Assembly (NCBI GenBank): GCA_965223545.1
Contig: OZ245006.1
Span: 2,592,001 to 2,656,000, forward strand
Direction: 5' to 3'
Source of the DNA: Planctomycetota bacterium
GTDB taxonomy: Bacteria; Planctomycetota; UBA1135; UBA2386
Length of the DNA stretch: 64,000 nucleotides
Shown here: positions 57,888-64,000 of the stretch, in pieces
Layout: every line of letters starts with the position of its first letter
How positions within the stretch are numbered: the stretch's first letter is position 1
Notes under the pieces: model-generated
Told to the model about the DNA's origin: nothing
The model's database searches: none
Seen by the model: only the letters and a program-made list of their open reading frames with translations
Translations under genes and position numbers: made by a program

Positions 57888-60800
57888 TCAGGGCAGCTCT
57901 TCGGCGACGGCCGCGTCCTCGCCGTCGGCGGCAAAGCCGCCGAGATCGAACACCAACTTCTTGTAGTTGCGCACATCGAGCACCGACACGCTCTGCACGG
58001 TGCGCAGCGCGGCCAGCTCGCGGCTGACCTCGCCATGGTTGGCGAACACCTCTCGCGCGACCGTGCCGGCGGACTCGCCTGGCGACTGCCCGGGCGGCAG
58101 CGCATCCCACGCGTCGATCGTCCGGCGCGCGCGCGAGCCGCGGCGCCGGTAGTCTCGCTCGAAGCCCGCCCGCGCGCGTCGACTCAGACGACGGTCGGCG
58201 TGCCTCGCCGCCAACCAGCGCGCCACCACCGACTGCCGCCAGAACGCGATCCGCGCCCGCAGCCCCTCGAGGAAGATGGTGAGGGCGGAAACCCCGCGGC
58301 TCTCGAACACCGCGAGCCGGTTCTCGAACCATTCCTCCGCCGTCAGCAGTGTCCGCAGCTGCTGGCGATCGGTGACGTAGGCGATGGTGACCGCGCGCTC
58401 TCCCAGCCGCCGCGCCAACGGATCGTCCTGGTCATCCAGGAGCGGTAACGCGCGCAGCCGCACGTGCCCGGCTTCGACCAGCCGCCGCATCCGCTCGGCC
58501 CGCGCCAACAGCTGCTGGCGCTCGGCGGCGTCCAGCCGCAGGAACGCGATGTCGCGATCGAGCTCGGCGTGCTCCTCGAGCACTCCGTCCCCCGTCCAAC
58601 CGATCGGCGCACCGCAGTACGCGGGGTCGAACTCGACCCGGGTGCGCATCGCCTCCAGCAGGCCGGGAGCGCGCATGCGGTGGATCTTGCGCAGCGCCAC
58701 CGCGAAGGGGGCGCGGCCGGAGAGCCGCGTCGCGCGTACCGACGCCGGCACCATGATCTCGCGCACGATCTCCACCGTCTTCAGCACGCCCAGTCGCAGC
58801 AGCTTGCACACGGCCCAGAGCCAATAGAACGGCAGCAGCAGGATCCGACCGCTCGACAATCGACGCTGGTAGAAGCGGTAGAAGTTGATGGTGCGCTGCT
58901 CGCGCGGCAAACGGTCGAGCGGCTTGGTACCGAAGATTTCGCGCACCATGCGCTGCCGGTCGGCAATCAGCAGGTCGCGGACCTCGTCACCGAACTCGGC
59001 GGCGAGATACGCGTCGCGTTCGGCGTCGACGCTGGTGAAGTCGAGCGCGTTGAACTCGGTCGTCGTGTAGCCCTCGCCGTGACCAGGCACCTCGACCTTC
59101 TCCAAGATCCGACCGGACAGCTGCGCCCTCCGCTTGGCCACCCACAGGTCCATGCGGGCGCCGACCTCGGGCGGCCGCTTGGCGCGCTGCACCTTGGTGA
59201 CGCAGTGCTGATTGTAGTCGATCACCCGCTTGGCGCTCTCCAGAGCGAGGCTCTCGGTGATGCACCGAAACCACAAGAACGGTCCACCCAGCACCGGGCC
59301 GTCCTCCAGCGCCAGGCGGCGCAAACGCCGGATCGCCCGCTTGCCGTGCCGGAGGTGCTCGTTGCGGATGTTCTGCAGCGACAGGTTGGCGAGCAGCTGT
59401 TGCGCCGTGCTGACGTCGCTCTGGTGCAGGATGCCGCCGTCGAGGTAGTGCACGTACAGGAGGGCGACGCGGTAGGCGTCCTGCCGCACGTTGGCCGGCA
59501 GGGCGGACACCGGACCGAGGCGGCCGCGCCGGATCGCCATCACCTGGCTGGCCAGCGCCCATTGGGCCTCCTCCGACGGCATCTCCCAGCGGAAGACGCG
59601 CCGCGCGAGAAACGCGACGTCGACGTCCTCGTCGCGCCGCTTGAGCAGGTCCAGCAATCCGATGAAGTGCGCCTCGGCGGTGCGCGTCAGCGTCTCCGAG
59701 GCTTCGCCTGCCAACCGCTTCAGCCACCGGCCGAGCGTCAGCAGAACCAGGCAGATGGCACCGAGCACGATCAGCGGAGTCGCCACGAAGCGCTCGAGAA
59801 ACCGACCCGCCATGGTGTCTTCGCCGACCACGAGCCGCACGGCGACGAACAGGCCACCGAACAGCAAGAGGCGCACTGCCGGCCGCTTGCTGGCATTCAC
59901 CATCGCGGTGGCGACTCGGTCGAGGATCTGCGGCCCGGTGAGGATGCCGTGCAGGTCGGCGACGAACAGCGCGCGCTCGCGCCACGTTGCCAAGCGGTGG
60001 GCGACGCGCCGGCCGAGCTGGACCACGCGATCCTCCGGCGTCGTCCCGGGACGACCGCTGCGCAGCTTGCGCAAGAACGGCAGCCGGCGCACCACCGAGC
60101 TGTTGATCACCTTGGCGACGCGGTCGAGGGCGTCGATGTCCCGGCGCGCCAGCCAGTGCGACAGCTCGTCCGGCCGCAGATCGTTGAGCAGGTCGAGAAC
60201 GCGCTCGACCGGCACGTCGCGGCCATCCGGCCGCGCGCCGCGCACCCGCAGCGACTCGACGGCCCCCGGCTCCGGACCGTCGTCGGCAGCGGTGGCCGCG
60301 TAGGCATCGTGCAAGCGCTCGGCGCGCTGCACGAGCACGGCGCCACGCTCGCCGCGCGGCACTTCGGCGAGCAGCACGTGCTCGCGCCGGAGCGCGCGGA
60401 ACAACAGGCTCCGCCGCGAGCGGCCAACGCTGGGTTCGGCGCCGACCTCGGCGTCGCGCTCGAAGAACACAAAGTCGCGGTTGAGCAACCACGAGAACCG
60501 GGCGACGAGGAAATCGAGGCCGCGCACCATCAGCAAGCCGACACGCAGCAACCGCAGCGCCGGCCGGAGTGCGTTGATGTAGCGCGCGAAGTAGGCGACC
60601 CGCATCAGCCGCAGCAGCCGCACCCAGATCGTGTCGCTGGGTGCCGGCATGTGCGGCACGTTCAAGAACAGCAGCGCCGCCGGCAGGGCGGGCAACAAGT
60701 CGGTGAGCGCGTTGCGCAAGAACCACGACAAGCGCGCGGGAGCCAGCGCCAGCTTGAAGAAGAACTCGGCGACGAAGAACGCGCAGACCGCGATGTCGAT

Positions 60801-61598
60801 GCGCAGAAACAGGCGCAGAGTCGCCGGCGACAGTTCGAACACCGTCTCCACCAGCAGCAAGACCATCAGCAGCAGCAGGAGCAGCAGACTGGTGATCTCG
60901 AGCAGGCGGGCGCCGCGCGCCGTCAGCCAGCGCTCGAGTCGCTGCGCCAGGACGCGGTCGCAGGCCTGCCGCCGCAGCCGCGTGCCGAGTGCACGCACCG
61001 AACGGCGCTCGATGCGATCGCCGATCGCCAACAGCACATCGGCGGTCTCCTCCAGCAGAGCGATGCGGTGCGGCAGCTGCAGGTCTTCTTCGTCGGTGGC
61101 GACCGCGGCATAGCGCTCGCGCACCTCATCGATGATCGACGCATCACGCGGCAGGGCATCGACGCGGCGCCGGATCTCGTCGCCGAGCGCAGCCGCGCGG
61201 GCCGCGGCACCCGCCACCCGCAGCGTGGCACGCAGCTCCGCCAGATCGAACAAAACGGCGGCGTCCGTGTCCGGCGCGCTGCGCAGCTGCTGCTCGGCGT
61301 GCTCGAGGGCCCGGTCGTTGGCGACCTCGAACGCGTCGCGCAGCGCGGCCGACGCGCCGGGTCGCGCCGCCTGGTGCGCCAAGAACCGCCGTTCGACCGC
61401 CAGCAGCTCGACCTGCAGACCGGTGTCCTCCGTGGCGCGCTCGCGCGCCGTGCGCAGGCGCTCGACCAGCTCGATCGGATCCTCGGGCACCGCGCGGAGC
61501 AGGTCCGCCAGTGCTGTATCCAGGTCGGCGTTGGTCTCGACTTCGGTCACGGAGTTGGCTGCTCTACCGCGCGGATTGCCGCCCCGGCGGTTCTTCAC
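57888..61598 (-). CDS. 1236-aa protein with voltage-sensor-like (Ion_trans S1-S4) module and no recognisable pore
   Basis: S2 IDIAVCAFFVAEFFFK, S3 LTDLLPALP, S4 VRLLRLMRVAYFARYINALRPALRLLR; no TxGYG or TLESW filter; GTGA overlap with GDPD stop. Confidence 0.75.
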   Translation of the reverse strand: MKNRRGGNPRGRAANSVTEVETNADLDTALADLLRAVPEDPIELVERLRTARERATEDTGLQVELLAVERRFLAHQAARPGASAALRDAFEVANDRALEHAEQQLRSAPDTDAAVLFDLAELRATLRVAGAAARAAALGDEIRRRVDALPRDASIIDEVRERYAAVATDEEDLQLPHRIALLEETADVLLAIGDRIERRSVRALGTRLRRQACDRVLAQRLERWLTARGARLLEITSLLLLLLLMVLLLVETVFELSPATLRLFLRIDIAVCAFFVAEFFFKLALAPARLSWFLRNALTDLLPALPAALLFLNVPHMPAPSDTIWVRLLRLMRVAYFARYINALRPALRLLRVGLLMVRGLDFLVARFSWLLNRDFVFFERDAEVGAEPSVGRSRRSLLFRALRREHVLLAEVPRGERGAVLVQRAERLHDAYAATAADDGPEPGAVESLRVRGARPDGRDVPVERVLDLLNDLRPDELSHWLARRDIDALDRVAKVINSSVVRRLPFLRKLRSGRPGTTPEDRVVQLGRRVAHRLATWRERALFVADLHGILTGPQILDRVATAMVNASKRPAVRLLLFGGLFVAVRLVVGEDTMAGRFLERFVATPLIVLGAICLVLLTLGRWLKRLAGEASETLTRTAEAHFIGLLDLLKRRDEDVDVAFLARRVFRWEMPSEEAQWALASQVMAIRRGRLGPVSALPANVRQDAYRVALLYVHYLDGGILHQSDVSTAQQLLANLSLQNIRNEHLRHGKRAIRRLRRLALEDGPVLGGPFLWFRCITESLALESAKRVIDYNQHCVTKVQRAKRPPEVGARMDLWVAKRRAQLSGRILEKVEVPGHGEGYTTTEFNALDFTSVDAERDAYLAAEFGDEVRDLLIADRQRMVREIFGTKPLDRLPREQRTINFYRFYQRRLSSGRILLLPFYWLWAVCKLLRLGVLKTVEIVREIMVPASVRATRLSGRAPFAVALRKIHRMRAPGLLEAMRTRVEFDPAYCGAPIGWTGDGVLEEHAELDRDIAFLRLDAAERQQLLARAERMRRLVEAGHVRLRALPLLDDQDDPLARRLGERAVTIAYVTDRQQLRTLLTAEEWFENRLAVFESRGVSALTIFLEGLRARIAFWRQSVVARWLAARHADRRLSRRARAGFERDYRRRGSRARRTIDAWDALPPGQSPGESAGTVAREVFANHGEVSRELAALRTVQSVSVLDVRNYKKLVFDLGGFAADGEDAAVAEELP

Positions 61599-62713
61599 GC
61601 CAGCTGGCGACCGCAGCGCAGGGCTTGCCGGCGCAGCGCGCCCGGCTTGTCGGTGAGGATGGCTTGCACGCCGAGTTCGAGCAACCGGCGGTTCTCTGCC
61701 TTGTCATTGATGGTCCAGCCGATCAAGCGCCGCACCGGCGTCGACGGCTCGTTGGCGTTGTGCTCGGCGCACAAGGCAACGTCGTGCTCGATGATCTCCT
61801 GGTAGATCCGCCACGCACCCAGCGTCAGGGCCGGCCGCCCGACGCTGGCGTAGCTGTTGCCGTGCTCGATCGCGGCCCTGGCACCGCTGTGCTCGGTCGG
61901 CGTCAACACCACGCCGGGCGGCACCTCGATGTCGTACGAGACCGGGCGCCCGGGCGCGACCTGCTTGAGCCGTTCGAGCACGGCCTGGTGCGGCGTCATG
62001 AACACCGCTTCGAACCCGGCCCGGTGCGCATCGAGCTGCGCGCAGATCGAATCCACGAACGGCTGGACCAGGTCGACGTCGTCTTCGGGCACCTTCAGGT
62101 CCAAGAACACCGCCTGCAGCTCCGGCCGCGGGCCGGCCCACTGCAAGAACTCCTCGAAGGTCGGGATGTGCGCCTCGACCTTGCGGAAGAACAGGAAGAA
62201 GCGCTTGCGCTTGTAGCCATAGTGCCGGCGCAGCTCCGCCAACGTCAGCTCGGGCACCGGCCGGCGGAAGTCGTCCCATAGATCCGGCGCGTCGGGATAG
62301 AACTTGACGTTCGGCTCCAGCCCGAGCTGCCGCGCCAGCGCCACCGCGTCGTTGGGCAGCCAGTCGTGCCACAGCACGACGTGCCCGTCCTTGGTGAACG
62401 ACAGATCGATCTCGACGGCGTTGGCGCCTTCGACCTCGACCGCGCGGCGCATCGCCGGGATCGTGTTCTCGACCTCGCGCACCGGACTGCCGCGGTGGCC
62501 CACGACGAGGAAGTCGCGCGCGGCCCCCGTCGCTCGCTGCGGCCGCGGCGTCGCCGCCCGGTCCACCACCCGCCGCACCGCATCCAAGCCGCGCCGCCAG
62601 CGAAAACGGGCATCCGCCCCCAACCGCGCCAGCGGCGACCAACTCCGGCCGCGGCGCTGCGCGCCCTCGTGCAGCCGCCGCGCTACCTCGAGCCGATACG
62701 CATCGCTACTCAT
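61595..62713 (-). CDS. Glycerophosphodiester phosphodiesterase family protein
   Basis: VVGHRG...ENT, AVEIDLSFTKDGHVVLWHD, IPTFEE, DLK, WTIND, GVQAILTDKP. Confidence 0.88.
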   Translation of the reverse strand: MSSDAYRLEVARRLHEGAQRRGRSWSPLARLGADARFRWRRGLDAVRRVVDRAATPRPQRATGAARDFLVVGHRGSPVREVENTIPAMRRAVEVEGANAVEIDLSFTKDGHVVLWHDWLPNDAVALARQLGLEPNVKFYPDAPDLWDDFRRPVPELTLAELRRHYGYKRKRFFLFFRKVEAHIPTFEEFLQWAGPRPELQAVFLDLKVPEDDVDLVQPFVDSICAQLDAHRAGFEAVFMTPHQAVLERLKQVAPGRPVSYDIEVPPGVVLTPTEHSGARAAIEHGNSYASVGRPALTLGAWRIYQEIIEHDVALCAEHNANEPSTPVRRLIGWTINDKAENRRLLELGVQAILTDKPGALRRQALRCGRQLA

Positions 62714-62740
62714 CCCAACGAGCGTACGGAGAGGCGCGCA

Positions 62741-62842
62741 GAACGTACGGAGTCAGGCTCGATTTTCTCGCTTCGCCGGCGCGCCGCCGCCTGCGGCGGC
62801 GCGCCGGCGAAGCGAGAAAATCGAGCCTGACTCCGTACGTTC
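62741..62842. repeat. Perfect 50-bp inverted repeat (REPIN/MITE-like palindrome)
   Basis: 62741-62790 is the exact reverse complement of 62793-62842; arms match the dispersed REP-like family. Confidence 0.92.
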
Positions 62843-62856
62843 GATACCGTCTCGCC

Positions 62857-63696
62857 GTGGTGCGGATCGTGCAGCTGACGGACCTACACCTGACCGCCGA
62901 TGGACGGGCCCGGGCGTGGAGGTCGGATGTCTGGGGCAGCTTCCGCCGGGCGTTGCGCGCGTTGGAGGCGCTGGAACCCCTCGATCGTTTGGTGCTCACC
63001 GGCGATCTGGTCAACCAGCGGCGGGCGGAGACCTACGCGCGTTTGGCGGAGGCATTGCAACCCTGGTGGTCGCGGCTGCTCGTCGTGCCCGGCAATCACG
63101 ATCACCGCGAGCTCTGCCGCGCGGCGTTCGCCGACCGGTTCGTCGCGGGGCGCCCGACGCTCAACTTCGACGACGTCTGCGGTGACACGCGTCTGCTCGG
63201 ACTGGACTCCCTGTGGCGTGGCCGGGTCGTCGGCCGGCTCGGCAAAGAGCAGCTGCGCTGGCTCGAGACGGCGCTCGCCAGCGCCGATCTGCCAGTTCTT
63301 GTGTTCGTCCACCATCCGCCGGTCCGCGTCGGATGCTGGTGGCTCGACAAGGACATCCTGCGCGACCGCGCCGCGCTCGCCGCCATCGTGCACCGCTCCC
63401 CCGTTCGGGTCGAAGCGATCTTCACCGGCCACGTCCACCAGCAATTGCTCGGGCAGCTGGAAGGCGTGCCGGTGCACACGACGCCTTCGACCGCCTACCA
63501 GTTTCCGCCGCGCGCCCGGCGCCCACACGCGGTGCAGCGCGGCCAGCCCGGCTTCCGCCTGATCGAGGTCGACGCCGGGCTCTACCGCACAGCGGTGGTC
63601 TACCCCGTCGAAAACCAAAGCCTCGAGTGGTCGGTCAACACCACCGCGGCGGAGACTTCTTCAAACTCCGATAGCGCTCGCGATCGCGACTCTTGA
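62857..63696 (+). CDS. Metallophosphoesterase, CpdA/Icc-like cyclic nucleotide phosphodiesterase
   Basis: QLTDLHL, LTGDLV, PGNHD, HHPP, TGHVH, PGFRLI. Confidence 0.88.
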   Translation: MVRIVQLTDLHLTADGRARAWRSDVWGSFRRALRALEALEPLDRLVLTGDLVNQRRAETYARLAEALQPWWSRLLVVPGNHDHRELCRAAFADRFVAGRPTLNFDDVCGDTRLLGLDSLWRGRVVGRLGKEQLRWLETALASADLPVLVFVHHPPVRVGCWWLDKDILRDRAALAAIVHRSPVRVEAIFTGHVHQQLLGQLEGVPVHTTPSTAYQFPPRARRPHAVQRGQPGFRLIEVDAGLYRTAVVYPVENQSLEWSVNTTAAETSSNSDSARDRDS

Positions 63697-64000
63697 CCAC
63701 TTCGTTCTCGACCAGTCCATCCATGCTACAGCTGTAGAACAGCGCCCGCTTGGTGCCGACCCGGGGTCGCCCCAAGAGCCGCCGCGCCGCCGGAGCAGCA
63801 GGTACCGGCGCGGCTTGCACGGCGAGAAAGCAGTATGGCAGGGCGCGCAGGTCGATGCCGACGGCGCGGGCGCAGCGCACCCAGTCCGCGTCGCGAAACA
63901 CTTCCGGTGGAGGTGCGGCGAAGAAATGGCACCAGTGGCCTGCTTCGCCGTCGGCAAGCGCCGGGCACGCCGCTTCATGGGTGCAGGGCGCGACGACCGA
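63635..64000 (-). CDS. C-terminus of Rsm22/METTL17-family methyltransferase-like protein (partial)
   Basis: Frame open to the window edge: SVVAPCTHEAACPALADGEAGHWCHFF..., the APCxH..CP..WCHF signature. Confidence 0.75.
   Translation of the reverse strand, partial: SVVAPCTHEAACPALADGEAGHWCHFFAAPPPEVFRDADWVRCARAVGIDLRALPYCFLAVQAAPVPAAPAARRLLGRPRVGTKRALFYSCSMDGLVENEVVKSRDRERYRSLKKSPPRWC

Overview
High-GC bacterial chromosomal window; gene content (sigma-factor/carboxypeptidase-regulatory-repeat fusion, many secreted proteins sharing one C-terminal domain) suggests a Planctomycetota-type organism (inference). Core genes: cysteine desulfurase-mutS, lptF-lptG, LPS kinase-lipid A acyltransferase, uvrD/pcrA, a SAM-I-riboswitch hom-metX-metB operon, malQ, amidohydrolase, GDPD, a CpdA-like phosphoesterase and a partial Rsm22-family gene. 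A cobalamin riboswitch heads a secreted beta-propeller-like gene. Accessory DNA: a probable transposon end at about 641 that truncates a GNAT gene and has a P-loop NTPase inside it, and a 12.7-19.3 kb island with an ISL3 element, pseudogenes and a HEPN/DUF5677-like gene. Most notable: (1) a three-gene operon of membrane-anchored vWA protein, dynamin/SrfC-like GTPase and SrfB/Hsp70-fold ATPase; (2) a 1236-aa protein with an S1-S4 voltage-sensor-like module but no pore, coupled to a GDPD; (3) a recurrent ~120-aa domain in four secreted proteins (candidate sorting/anchoring domain); (4) a REP/REPIN-like family with a perfect 102-bp palindrome and an inverted pair bracketing two genes; (5) a ~200-bp-period structured tandem array; (6) repeated leaderless-promoter geometry. 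No rRNA, tRNA or CRISPR was recognised. All family calls come from reading motifs by eye, not database searches.
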